The notes: generated by a model from the sequence alone, not told the origin. A stretch of 55,886 bases of DNA from a virus (IMGVR_UViG_3300011336_000523:1-55886), one strand, 5' to 3'. Shown: positions 1-9,313, counted from the first letter of the stretch. A program made the numbers and translations.

Positions 1-1
1 A

Positions 2-319
2 GAAATAAAAGAATGGAAAGATGTAGAAAATGTTAAATTATCTATTGATTATTCTTTATTACATGATATACAAAATAAAGGTGAAAAGATTCTTAATCAA
101 GGAAGAAATATACTGTTACAAGAAGAACTTCATGATAATGCATCATACGGTATCTATAATACAAATGTAGATAATTCTTGTAGAGTTGCTTTTGATATTA
201 TACAAGTAATAAGACATGAATTTTGGAAAGCTGATCCTAATAGAAGTTCTGTTACTGTAGATTCTTCTGTTCATCTTTCCACTACTAATACAAATCAATT
301 AAAATGTCAAATAGATTAA
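2..319 (+). CDS. Hypothetical protein, 5'-truncated by the window
   Basis: Open frame EIKEWKDVENVKLSIDY...QLKCQID ending in TAA at 317-319; not in the ORF track because its start is outside the window. Confidence 0.75.
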   Translation, partial: EIKEWKDVENVKLSIDYSLLHDIQNKGEKILNQGRNILLQEELHDNASYGIYNTNVDNSCRVAFDIIQVIRHEFWKADPNRSSVTVDSSVHLSTTNTNQLKCQID

Positions 320-328
320 ATTAAAACT

Positions 329-946
329 ATGAAAAATACTGTTGAGTTATTAGGCTTTTACGGGTCGGACGAAGTAATCGCTTGCAGTGCTTGGACTAGC
401 ACCAGCCGACAAATTACCGATGAAAAGCGAGAGCGAATACCTAAGCTAATAAATATGCTTTGGTCTGAACATCACGAAACGCCGTTCGAGAAGGGTTCGG
501 TACATTTTCTTGTCAATACTTGCATTTCGGCACATATCCACTTGTTAAAACACCGCATAAGCAGTCTAAATGCAGAATCGGCACGTTACAAGGAACTGAA
601 AGAAGACAAATTTTACATTCCTGAAGACTGGCCTGAAAAGCAAAAAAATAATTTGATAGCTTTTACCGAAATGTCAAATCAATGGTACCACGATACTTTG
701 GAAGAACTAACTCCGATACTTGGTAGAAAGAGGGCAAAAGAATCGGCACGTTATTTCAAAACCTACAATAGCCAAATACAAAGCGATGTGCAATTTAACA
801 TGCGTTCATTTGCCAACTTCTTAAAGCTGCGAAACTCCGAACATGCTCAAAAAGAAATTAGGGAAATTGCCGCTAATATGTTGGAACTGGTAAAAAACAT
901 TGAAGGGCAACCTTTTCAGCATACGTTGAAAGCGTGGGGTTATTAG
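329..946 (+). CDS. thyX: Flavin-dependent thymidylate synthase
   Basis: HETPFE, KHR-x-SS-x-NAESARY (ThyX RHRx7SxR variant) and NMRSFANFLKLRNSEHAQKEIR motifs. Confidence 0.95.
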   Translation: MKNTVELLGFYGSDEVIACSAWTSTSRQITDEKRERIPKLINMLWSEHHETPFEKGSVHFLVNTCISAHIHLLKHRISSLNAESARYKELKEDKFYIPEDWPEKQKNNLIAFTEMSNQWYHDTLEELTPILGRKRAKESARYFKTYNSQIQSDVQFNMRSFANFLKLRNSEHAQKEIREIAANMLELVKNIEGQPFQHTLKAWGY

Positions 947-964
947 TTACTTGTAAATACACGC

Positions 965-994
965 AACCATATCGTTAAAAGCAACGATATGGTT
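965..994. repeat. Perfect 12-bp inverted repeat downstream of thyX
   Basis: AACCATATCGTT-aaaagc-AACGATATGGTT. Confidence 0.8.
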
Positions 995-1071
995 ATAGAA
1001 AGCGATAAGTTATTAGTAAGGGATATTTGTAAAAACAGTACTTTTAATTGTCAAATTTAAATTGAAATAAA

Positions 1072-1287
1072 ATGGATATTACAGAAGAAATGATTGAAGA
1101 TTGCGTTTCCGATTTGTCAATAAACGGAAAGTACAACAAACTTTATCAAATGTTGATTAACGAAGTTGAAAAACAAATTTCAGACAAGCGTTTAAATTCA
1201 ATGGTAGATACATTAAACTATGTCGGATTAAATTGTCGCAAAATGTCAAAACTTGAAATTTTGTTTGAATACTCGAAGCTCATTTAG
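1072..1287 (+). CDS. Hypothetical protein (71 aa)
   Basis: ORF track; A-rich leader; composition like the thyX block. Confidence 0.65.
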   Translation: MDITEEMIEDCVSDLSINGKYNKLYQMLINEVEKQISDKRLNSMVDTLNYVGLNCRKMSKLEILFEYSKLI

Positions 1288-1291
1288 CATG

Positions 1292-1349
1292 ACACATAAC
1301 GTCCAATGATAAACAATCGTTTTAATGTTGTTTATCATTTGTTATGTGT
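1292..1349. repeat. 58-nt attC-like imperfect hairpin
   Basis: ACACATAAC(1292-1300)/GTTATGTGT(1341-1349) outer arms and AATGATAAACAA(1305-1316)/TTGTTTATCATT(1328-1339) inner arms; the hairpin is certain, its function is inferred. Confidence 0.55.
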
Positions 1350-1459
1350 AGGTGTGGTTAATTAAGGTAGAATGTTTAATCGGAGAACTAAACAAAAATT
1401 TTAAAAGAAAAAGAAGGGTGGAAATTTTAATTCTTAATATTTATATATAAAATAAAACT

Positions 1460-1999
1460 ATGAGTAAAGAAATGAGGGATTATATTGATAAGTTCAAAGA
1501 TTTTATTATAAAGGAGTCTGTTGATAAATCAACTGATTTTGAAACTATTGATAAGGTTATAAGAACGTATATAAAACAAGTTTTAAAAGCGGATGAGAAA
1601 ATAAATCAATTTGTCCCTAACACACATATAGCGGAAACTTTCAAAGATGTATTAATTTATTCTGAATTAGAATCAAAAAATGAAGAAACATTCCATAATG
1701 TAAAACACAACCCGTATGATTCAATTGGAACAAATAATCCTGATGATTATGATAGATTAGAAGATGGTAGATATGTGAAAAAAGAAACATATAGTGTTGG
1801 AATTAACCATTTATTGATTCCAAAATATTTCAATTTAAAAAGATTAAAAACTGATGGTATAGATGAAATACATAAAACCTATCAAAAACTAAGAGAAAAA
1901 CAAGATGATGTTAGGAACAATATTATGTTAGGTAGAATAGTATTAACAGATTATACACATCCACAATTATCTAAATCGTATAATTTAAAAATTAAATAA
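1460..1999 (+). CDS. Hypothetical protein in a cassette-like insert
   Basis: 179-aa ORF preceded by TATTTATA (1438-1445); N-terminus MSKEMRDYIDKFKDFIIKES. Confidence 0.85.
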   Translation: MSKEMRDYIDKFKDFIIKESVDKSTDFETIDKVIRTYIKQVLKADEKINQFVPNTHIAETFKDVLIYSELESKNEETFHNVKHNPYDSIGTNNPDDYDRLEDGRYVKKETYSVGINHLLIPKYFNLKRLKTDGIDEIHKTYQKLREKQDDVRNNIMLGRIVLTDYTHPQLSKSYNLKIK

Positions 2000-2194
2000 A
2001 GTGTGGGTTGGATTTTTTTTTAAAATTTTCAACCAAAATATTGATTAGAACGATGAACGGAACACTTGCTTATAACTCAAAAATACACGCAACTATTTTA
2101 GAATACATTGAAAACAATATTAAATAATATTTAAATAATTTTACACACAATACACTTAATCTTTTTATTTATTAAACAATTTAAATTTATTATT

Positions 2195-2332
2195 ATGTCT
2201 AAATCATCTTTAAAAAAGAACATGCAATTAAATAGAGTTTTAAATTCTATAGCAATTGGTAAAGTAGAATACCAAATTCAATTAAAACAAGAAGCAGATA
2301 AAAAGAAAAAAGATGCGCAAATTAATCATTAA
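2195..2332 (+). CDS. Small basic hypothetical protein (45 aa)
   Basis: Read directly: MSKSSLKKNMQLNRVLNSIAIGKVEYQIQLKQEADKKKKDAQINH*, AT-rich ttattATG context. Confidence 0.55.
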   Translation: MSKSSLKKNMQLNRVLNSIAIGKVEYQIQLKQEADKKKKDAQINH

Positions 2333-2407
2333 ATATTGGTTAAAAAAACATTTTTGTTTTTATTTTGGATATTGTTTAGTAGTTTAAAAAATATTTAAAA
2401 ATAAAAT

Positions 2408-2608
2408 ATGCTAATAACAATAGAAGAAGTTAAACAAATTTTATTATTACCTGTTGTAAGTGATGTTCATTTATTAAAAGTAATAAAAAGATATATTTAC
2501 GACAAAAAAGAAATTGAAATAGAAGATATTGCAAGACCTCAATCTTTAGTGCAAGCTCAATTATTACAAATTGCTATTGAAAACTGTATTAAATATTATT
2601 TTAAATGA
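2408..2608 (+). CDS. Hypothetical protein (66 aa)
   Basis: ORF track; ATGA overlap with the next ORF. Confidence 0.7.
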   Translation: MLITIEEVKQILLLPVVSDVHLLKVIKRYIYDKKEIEIEDIARPQSLVQAQLLQIAIENCIKYYFK

Positions 2609-2974
2609 TGAATAATGAAATCGAAATCGACTTTTCAAACATCGCAAATTTTGACGAATTTGACAAAAAGTTTAAAGAAATCATGGAAAACTGGAAACCT
2701 ATTTTACCGTACAATTTTAAATCAACAGAACAAAGAATTAATAGAAATTCAATTAGAAAGAAAAAAACACAAAGCGTTTTTATATTTCGACAAAATATCT
2801 TTAATTATTTCAAAAGCTGGTTTAAATAATCATTTTTATGAACAGCAATTTGAAACTTGTGAAAATTGTATTATTGCTTTTCAAAATTCTTTTCCAGAAT
2901 TTCCATTATTAAAAGATAAATTACAAGAAAGTTTAAATTATCGTAAAAAAAGTGTTATTAAACAATCAATTTAA
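2605..2974 (+). CDS. Hypothetical protein, probably one gene with a frameshift near 2700-2720
   Basis: ORFs 2605-2829 and 2615-2974 overlap; the first looks protein-like only in its 5' half and the second only in its 3' half. Confidence 0.5.
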
Positions 2975-2993
2975 CCTCTAAATTTTAAAAATT

Positions 2994-3293
2994 ATGTACC
3001 AGTTAGTATTTACTCAAAAAGTAGATGGTTCTTTTATTAATCATCAGTCAATTGAAATTCCTATATCTAATTTTAAAATCAAACATGAATTTAAATGCGA
3101 TAAAAATTATCAAGAATACTTAAAAGTTAGTAAAGAATGTGAAGATAGAGTTATTAAGTTTAAAAAAGAACAAGCTGAGATAGCTAAATTAAAACTAAAT
3201 GAACTTAATACTCAATTAAATCAAATAAAAACTGCTAAAAAAGTAGTTAATCTTGCAATAAGTAATTTATTTGAACTTCAATTAAATGATTAA
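2994..3293 (+). CDS. Hypothetical protein with C-terminal coiled coil
   Basis: ORF track, 99 aa. Confidence 0.7.
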   Translation: MYQLVFTQKVDGSFINHQSIEIPISNFKIKHEFKCDKNYQEYLKVSKECEDRVIKFKKEQAEIAKLKLNELNTQLNQIKTAKKVVNLAISNLFELQLND

Positions 3294-3294
3294 T

Positions 3295-3459
3295 ATGAAC
3301 AAATTAATTGGTATTTTTAGTTGTTTAATGTGTGTATTAGCAATTAAAATTATTGTTACAGAAATTTATTACGTAGGATTTGCTAATGAAAATGTTATAG
3401 AACTTATATTAATTTCTTTAATGTTTATTCTTAGTCTTATTTTTGTAATAAAAAGTTAA
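3295..3459 (+). CDS. Small two-TM membrane protein (54 aa)
   Basis: Read directly: MNKLIGIFSCLMCVLAIKIIVTEIYYVGFANENVIELILISLMFILSLIFVIKS*. Confidence 0.6.
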   Translation: MNKLIGIFSCLMCVLAIKIIVTEIYYVGFANENVIELILISLMFILSLIFVIKS

Positions 3460-3464
3460 TTAAT

Positions 3465-3506
3465 AATGGAGCTATAATTGTAAAAAATTGTAGCTCCATT
3501 TTATTT
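3465..3506 (+). terminator. Intrinsic terminator-like hairpin before polA
   Basis: AATGGAGCTATAATT/AATTGTAGCTCCATT stem followed by a T-rich tail. Confidence 0.7.
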
Positions 3507-3514
3507 ATAATATT

Positions 3515-6379
3515 ATGATTTATTATGTAGGTAATGAAAGATTAATAGAAAGCAATTTATATATTCAAAGTACAATAGAAGATTGTATTAATTTTTTGAC
3601 TAATGAATGTACAAGTGTAGCTATAGATACTGAAACACAAGGACTATTTGATCATTATAATAAAATTATAATGCTTCAATTAAGTAATGGTGTTGATGCT
3701 TTTGTAATTGATGTAAGAGTAGTTAATATATTACCATTAAAAGAAATTTTAGAATCTAAACTATGTATTTTACAAAATGCTAAGTTTGATTATAAGTTTT
3801 TAAAATTACATGGTATTGTATTAAACAATATAGTAGATACATTTCTTAATGAATGTATTTTAACAAATGGTATTGAAAATAGGAGCTTAGGATTAGAAGC
3901 TATTGCATATAAATATTGTAATATTAGATTAGATAAATCAACAAGAGCAGATTTTTCTAAATTAAATGATAGACCATTTACTGATAAACAAATTATTTAT
4001 GGTGTTGATGATGTAATGTGTTTACATGAAATTGCTAACAAGCAAAATATAGAATTAGAAAAATGGAATCTATTAAATGTAGCTGAACTAGAATATAAAA
4101 CTTGTTTAGTGCTAGCTGATATAGAATATAATGGTATTAATATTAATATTGCAAAATGGAAAGATTTAGCTAATAAAGCAAAAATTAATACTGATAAATT
4201 TCAAATAGAATTAGATAATATGATATTAAACAATCCTAAATTATCTAAATTTTATAAAAAATATCAGCAGTTAGATTTATTTGGTAAAGAAAATAGAAAA
4301 GTAGATGTTAAATATTCTTCTCCATTACAATGTTTAAAGTTGTTTTTAGCTTTAGGATTAGATATTAAATCTACAAATGCAAAAGATTTAATAAAATATC
4401 AAAATTCAGAACCATTAGTTAAAAAGTTTCTTGATTATAAAGAAGAAGAAAAACTTTATACAACTTATGGATATGAATTTTTAAATTTTATTAATCCTAT
4501 TACAAATAAAATACATACTGATTTTTTTCAAATATTAAATACTCATCGTATTAGTTCATCAAAACCAAACATGCAACAAATACCTGCAGATAAAGAGTAT
4601 TTAGCTTGTTTTGAAGCACCAAAAGGTTATAAAATTGTAGGTTGTGATTTTAGTGCACAAGAATTACGATTAATTACTGAGCTTTCACAAGACCCATTGT
4701 GGGTAAATACTTTTAATGAAGGTGGTGATATTCATTCTATTATAGCGTCTAAAGTATTTAATATTGAAGAATCTAAAGTTAAAAACTATTTTGAATATTT
4801 ATTTGTAGGTAAAGTTAAAGTATTTTTAAGAGGAAAATCTCCAAGAGATATTGCAAAGACTATCAATTTTATGTTAGCCTTAACTTAAAAAATTATGTAT
4901 TATTAATTATGTTATCTACCTTTGCATCAAAGCAAAATTAATGGAAGAAAATATAATTAATCTCTCTAAAAAAGGTTTATTTCCTAAAGAAATAGCTTTA
5001 AAATTGAATTTAAAATATCATTATGTACTTAAAATATTTAAAAAATATAAATTAACTCTTAAAGGATCAGGAGGTTCAAATAAAATTGTAATTAATAATC
5101 CATTTTTTAAAAAAGATGGAGATTATTGGTTAGGTTTTATTTCTGCTGATGGTAATTTAAGCAAAAAACAATATTCTATATATTTAGGCATAAAAGATTT
5201 AGACCATATTATTAAATATCGAGATTTTATTAATAATAAATTAAAAATTTATTATAAACTTAATCAAGCTAATTCTACAATTGGAGCAGTAGTTTTTAGA
5301 AATAGTGAAGTTTGGAATTACTTAAATAATATAGGTATAACACCAGCTAAATCTAAAACTTTTCTTTATAAAAAAGAGATAAATTGGGAATTTATAAGAG
5401 GATATTTTGATGGTGATGGGTCTATTTCAAAAAATGAACCTAAAATTACTACTGGTAGTGAAAATTTTAAAAATCAATTATTAGATTTTTTTAAATTAAA
5501 TAGTATAACTACTTCAGTAAGTATTAAAGGAAATAATGTTTTTGATATTTATATTAGAGGAAATTCAAGATTTGATTTTTTCTATAATATGTACAAAGAA
5601 AATTCAATTAAATTAGATAGAAAATATATAAAATACAGGGCAGCTTTAAAGAAATTTAGAGTTAAAAATATTGGGTGAATTGCAAGAAGACTGAAATGTT
5701 AATTTGCAGCCAAGTTAATCAGGGATGATTAAAAGGTTCAACGACTAACAGCATACTACTAGAACAGTAATGAAGCTGACACGAGCTCCCAACACCTTTA
5801 AAATGGTGATAACATAGTCTGGACTATAGAGAATAGTAATCTATAGAATAGTAATTTAAATAATTACTAGGTAACAAAATCGATGGTGGTAGTAAATTTA
5901 AATTATCTTCTGTATTAGGTATTTCTATTGAAGAAGCTGAAACAATTATTGAAGAGTATTTTAATCAAGTACCTAAAGTAAAAAATGTATTAAATTCATG
6001 TTCTAAATATGCGTTAAAAAATAAATATATAAGGTCATTAAAACCATATTCTATTGTAAGACATTTTATTTATGACCCAAATGATTTAAAACAAGTTGGT
6101 GCTGTAGAGAGAGCAGGTAAAAATACTGTCATACAGGCTTCAGGTGCGTTAATGTGTAAATTAGCATTAGTAAACATTAGTAATAAAATAAAAACATTAG
6201 ATTATAAAGTTCAAATGTTTTTACAAATTCATGATGCTATTTATTGTTATGTACAAGAAGATAAAGCTGAAGAATGGTCACAAATACAAAAACAAATTAT
6301 GGAAGAAGCAGGTAAAGAATTTATTAAATCTATACCAGTTAAAAGTGATGTAGTTATATCAGATTATTGGTCTAAATAA
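3515..6379 (+). CDS. polA: Family A DNA polymerase (3'-5' exonuclease + polymerase), spliced from exons 3515-4880 and 5883-6379, 620 aa
   Basis: Exo DTET and NAKFD; motif A DFSAQELR; motif B RDIAKTINFMLA|YGG restored by splicing (T+AT=Tyr); motif C QIHD; spliced length 1863 nt is in frame. Confidence 0.93.
4894..4924 (+). promoter_or_regulatory. Bacteroidetes-type promoter inside the intron, upstream of the endonuclease
   Basis: TATG-N19-TACCTTTG versus consensus TTTG-N19..21-TAnnTTTG. Confidence 0.55.
4941..5678 (+). CDS. Intron-encoded double-motif LAGLIDADG homing endonuclease with N-terminal HTH
   Basis: YWLGFISADG and FIRGYFDGDG motifs. Confidence 0.93.
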   Translation: MEENIINLSKKGLFPKEIALKLNLKYHYVLKIFKKYKLTLKGSGGSNKIVINNPFFKKDGDYWLGFISADGNLSKKQYSIYLGIKDLDHIIKYRDFINNKLKIYYKLNQANSTIGAVVFRNSEVWNYLNNIGITPAKSKTFLYKKEINWEFIRGYFDGDGSISKNEPKITTGSENFKNQLLDFFKLNSITTSVSIKGNNVFDIYIRGNSRFDFFYNMYKENSIKLDRKYIKYRAALKKFRVKNIG

Positions 6380-6386
6380 TAAAACT

Positions 6387-6770
6387 ATGAAAATTCATTA
6401 TATAGAAACACCATCTAAAAAGAAATTATTTTCTTTTCATCGACATGATTTTAAAATGGAAGAAGATGTAGGTATAGATGGTGGATTGGATTATATAAAA
6501 ACCGTTGGAAAAGTTGAAGTTCAATTTGCTGAAATACAAGATGTTATAAAAGATATTAGAGAACAGTTTTTATGGGGTAAAAATTATGATAAAGACAATA
6601 ATAGACTACCTAAAACTGAGTTTATTTTATTAAAAGACTTAAATTCTAGTCATATAGTAAATATTATTAAATACTTATTGATTAAAACTGACTTAAATGA
6701 GTATTATCGTTTTTATATTCAAATATTTCTTGAAGAATTAATTTACAGAATTGAAACCACAACAATATGA
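6387..6770 (+). CDS. Hypothetical phage protein
   Basis: 127 aa; SFHRHDF...IDGGLDY motif. Confidence 0.8.
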   Translation: MKIHYIETPSKKKLFSFHRHDFKMEEDVGIDGGLDYIKTVGKVEVQFAEIQDVIKDIREQFLWGKNYDKDNNRLPKTEFILLKDLNSSHIVNIIKYLLIKTDLNEYYRFYIQIFLEELIYRIETTTI

Positions 6771-6988
6771 AACTATTATTATTTTATACGCTATTTTCTT
6801 TTCATACAAACTATGGAGGTTTTTGTGAAGGATTTAAAGATGGTTGGAAAGCAGGATATTGCTACCAACAATACGGTTGTGTTGCTCCATACCCACCATA
6901 TTGTCCTGTAAGAGAATATGGAGAAAAAGATATTTATGTAGATGGGTATAATAGAGGATTTATACTTGGATTATATAGTGGTAGATAA
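6767..6988 (+). CDS. Small exported Gly/Tyr/Cys-rich protein
   Basis: Hydrophobic N-terminus; GFxxGFxxGWxxGY and YxxGYxxGF repeats; 4 Cys. Confidence 0.75.
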   Translation: MKLLLFYTLFSFHTNYGGFCEGFKDGWKAGYCYQQYGCVAPYPPYCPVREYGEKDIYVDGYNRGFILGLYSGR

Positions 6989-7002
6989 GATTTAGAATTA
7001 TT

Positions 7003-8238
7003 ATGACAAAACAAGAGCTAAATCATTTTAAACAATATACTAATCCGATAGAATGTAAAAATGAAATACATAAACATGCTTTAAAAAAACATATTACATT
7101 AGATCAAAGATCAAGTTTGTTTATGTCTCCAGGTTCAGGTAAAACCAGAGTAGGTATTATTGCTGCTTGTGAAAATATTAAAAAATATGGAGGAAAATGG
7201 TTAGTATCTGTTCCAAAAGAAAATTTAATAGAACAATGGAGTCAAGAAGCTAAAAAATGGAAGTATACAAAAGAATGGAAAAGCGTTGATTGTATTTGTC
7301 ATGCTAGTAATGCTAAAATAGATATTAGTAAATATCAAGGTGTTATTATTGATGAAGTACATTTAGCAATTAAAGGTGAGATTCATGGTTCATTATTAAA
7401 TTATGACTATAAAAACAATGATAAGAAATTATTATGTTTGACTGGTACTAAACCTGATAATGAATTATTGGATAAATTAGAAGCAATTGCTCCATGTTCT
7501 TTTGAATTAACATTAGATGAAGCTGTACAATTAAAACTTGTATCAGAATATATTATTCATGTAATTGATGTTCCATTAACACCTACTGAGTTTAGTGATT
7601 ATAAAAAAGCTCAACAACAGTTTGTATATTATAAATATATACTAGGTGGTAATTCTGCTTTTGATAAAGCAAATATTTATTTAAAAAGTACTACAGCTAG
7701 TAGCGCAGATAAAAAGAATGCTACTATGTTTTATGGTGCAATTAGAAAAAGAAAAGCTGTAGCTCAAAATGCAGAAAATAAATTAAAAATTGGTAAACAA
7801 TTAATAGAATTGTGTAAAGATGATAACATTATTACTTTTGCTGAAACAAATGCTTTTACTGAAGCATTATATAAATCATTAGGTGATAATGCTTTGATGT
7901 TTCATTCAGATATGAAGAAAACAGAAAAAGATAATACATTAAAAAGATTTAAAGACAAGCGAACAAAACAAAATATTATTTGTTCTACTAAAGCATTGTC
8001 AGAAGGATTTAATGTAGAAAATATTTCTTGTGCAATTATATTAGCTTTTACTTCAAAGTCAAATACTTTAATTCAAAGATTAGCTCGTTCTATTCGTTAT
8101 CAGGAAGGTAAACAAGCAAAAATATTTATTTTAGCTGTACCTGATACTCAAGAAGAATTGTGGTTAAAATCTGCTTTAAAAGGTATTTCAAATATTAAAT
8201 ACTACGATTCTTTAGAAACTTACATCAAACACACATAA
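7003..8238 (+). CDS. Superfamily 2 (DExH) helicase
   Basis: SPGSGKT, IIDEVH, LTGT, LSEGFNV, QRLARSIR motifs. Confidence 0.92.
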   Translation: MTKQELNHFKQYTNPIECKNEIHKHALKKHITLDQRSSLFMSPGSGKTRVGIIAACENIKKYGGKWLVSVPKENLIEQWSQEAKKWKYTKEWKSVDCICHASNAKIDISKYQGVIIDEVHLAIKGEIHGSLLNYDYKNNDKKLLCLTGTKPDNELLDKLEAIAPCSFELTLDEAVQLKLVSEYIIHVIDVPLTPTEFSDYKKAQQQFVYYKYILGGNSAFDKANIYLKSTTASSADKKNATMFYGAIRKRKAVAQNAENKLKIGKQLIELCKDDNIITFAETNAFTEALYKSLGDNALMFHSDMKKTEKDNTLKRFKDKRTKQNIICSTKALSEGFNVENISCAIILAFTSKSNTLIQRLARSIRYQEGKQAKIFILAVPDTQEELWLKSALKGISNIKYYDSLETYIKHT

Positions 8239-8286
8239 TTTATGTTTTAGAGTTTAATATACTACAAAAGTATATTTTATTAAATA

Positions 8287-8294
8287 TACCTTTG
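8287..8294 (+). promoter_or_regulatory. Bacteroidetes -7 promoter element candidate
   Basis: Intergenic TACCTTTG 22 nt upstream of ATG 8317. Confidence 0.45.
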
Positions 8295-8316
8295 TTCTTT
8301 TTAAATTTACACTATT

Positions 8317-8634
8317 ATGAAAATTACTATTTATTCTACTAATATATCTGCTAATAATGCTGTTAGATTAAGAAGTAAAAATTGTAAAAAGTTTACTAAA
8401 TCTGTATACAGTTATTCTTCAATAAAACTAGGTAATAATATTAAATCTATTATTAATTTTAATCCTGTTGTAGTAAATTTGCACGATATGACTATTAATA
8501 GACCTTCTATTTTTAGTAATAATTCAAAAAAAATAACTAATAATAAAATTATTATACCTTATTCACCTGATTTAGAAGGTGAATATGAAATTGAAAAAGT
8601 TAATGAAGATAGTTTTAAATTATTAAAGTTATGA
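8317..8634 (+). CDS. Hypothetical protein (105 aa)
   Basis: ORF track. Confidence 0.7.
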   Translation: MKITIYSTNISANNAVRLRSKNCKKFTKSVYSYSSIKLGNNIKSIINFNPVVVNLHDMTINRPSIFSNNSKKITNNKIIIPYSPDLEGEYEIEKVNEDSFKLLKL

Positions 8635-8771
8635 CTTACATTTGTTTAAAAACTTTTGAATCTACTAAAGGTATAACTTATATTAAAAATAGAATAATAA
8701 ATTTTGAAGAGTATAACAAACTTAATTGGAACGAAAGACAAAATTTTAAACAATATGAAAATAGAAGATAA
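8631..8771 (+). CDS. Small hypothetical protein (46 aa)
   Basis: Read directly: MTYICLKTFESTKGITYIKNRIINFEEYNKLNWNERQNFKQYENRR*; ATGA overlap with the upstream gene. Confidence 0.55.
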   Translation: MTYICLKTFESTKGITYIKNRIINFEEYNKLNWNERQNFKQYENRR

Positions 8772-8949
8772 AATTGTAGAATCAATTGTATTAAAATTTC
8801 TGCAAAGATCTGAAATAGGAATTAAAAAATACAATACTACTTTAGATAAAAATAATTTACCTTTAAAAGAATGGTTACAACATTCTATAGAAGAAAAAAT
8901 GGATGATATATTGTATATGCAAAGAGCGTTAAATGAAATAAAAAATTAA
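8755..8949 (+). CDS. Small all-alpha phage protein, possibly NTP-PPase superfamily; likely start ATG 8755
   Basis: RSxxGxxKYxTTL...EWLxHxxEExMDxxLY pattern. Confidence 0.7.
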   Translation: MKIEDKIVESIVLKFLQRSEIGIKKYNTTLDKNNLPLKEWLQHSIEEKMDDILYMQRALNEIKN

Positions 8950-8956
8950 AAATTAT

Positions 8957-9313
8957 ATGGAACATAAAGTGTTATTATGGGTAGATAGTGAATTAAATAT
9001 TACTAATGACCCAAGTTTTTTAAAATTTTCTCCTATTGATTTTAAAGAGATAGGTGAAATTATTTGGGTTAAAAATTATGATGATTTTGTAGCTCAAATA
9101 GAAAATTACGGTGTACCAGATGCAGTATCTTTTGATGATAAGTTAGAAGATTTTAATAATAAAAATGGTCTTGATTGTGCTAAATTTTTATGTTCATATT
9201 GCGCTATACATGAAACTCCATTACCTTTATGGTCTTGTCATTTTAAAAATAATAAAATAAAAGAAAACATTAATTCATTAATGAATAGCTATTTAAAATA
9301 TCAAAATGCTTAA
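8957..9313 (+). CDS. Cyclic-phosphate-processing receiver-like domain protein (degenerate)
   Basis: LWVD...WVKNYDDF...GVPDAVSFD...GLDCAKFLCSYC...LP pattern. Confidence 0.65.
   Translation: MEHKVLLWVDSELNITNDPSFLKFSPIDFKEIGEIIWVKNYDDFVAQIENYGVPDAVSFDDKLEDFNNKNGLDCAKFLCSYCAIHETPLPLWSCHFKNNKIKENINSLMNSYLKYQNA

Larger units (their letters stand above)
4881..5882 (+). ncRNA. Group I self-splicing intron in polA (1002 nt)
   Basis: U before the 5' splice site and terminal G5882; P2 GCTTTAAA-gaaa-TTTAGAGT; P3 TTGGG/CCCAA; P4 TTGCA/TGCAG; P7 GACTA/TAGTC (gttcaacgacta...catagtctgg); removal restores motif B. Confidence 0.92.
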
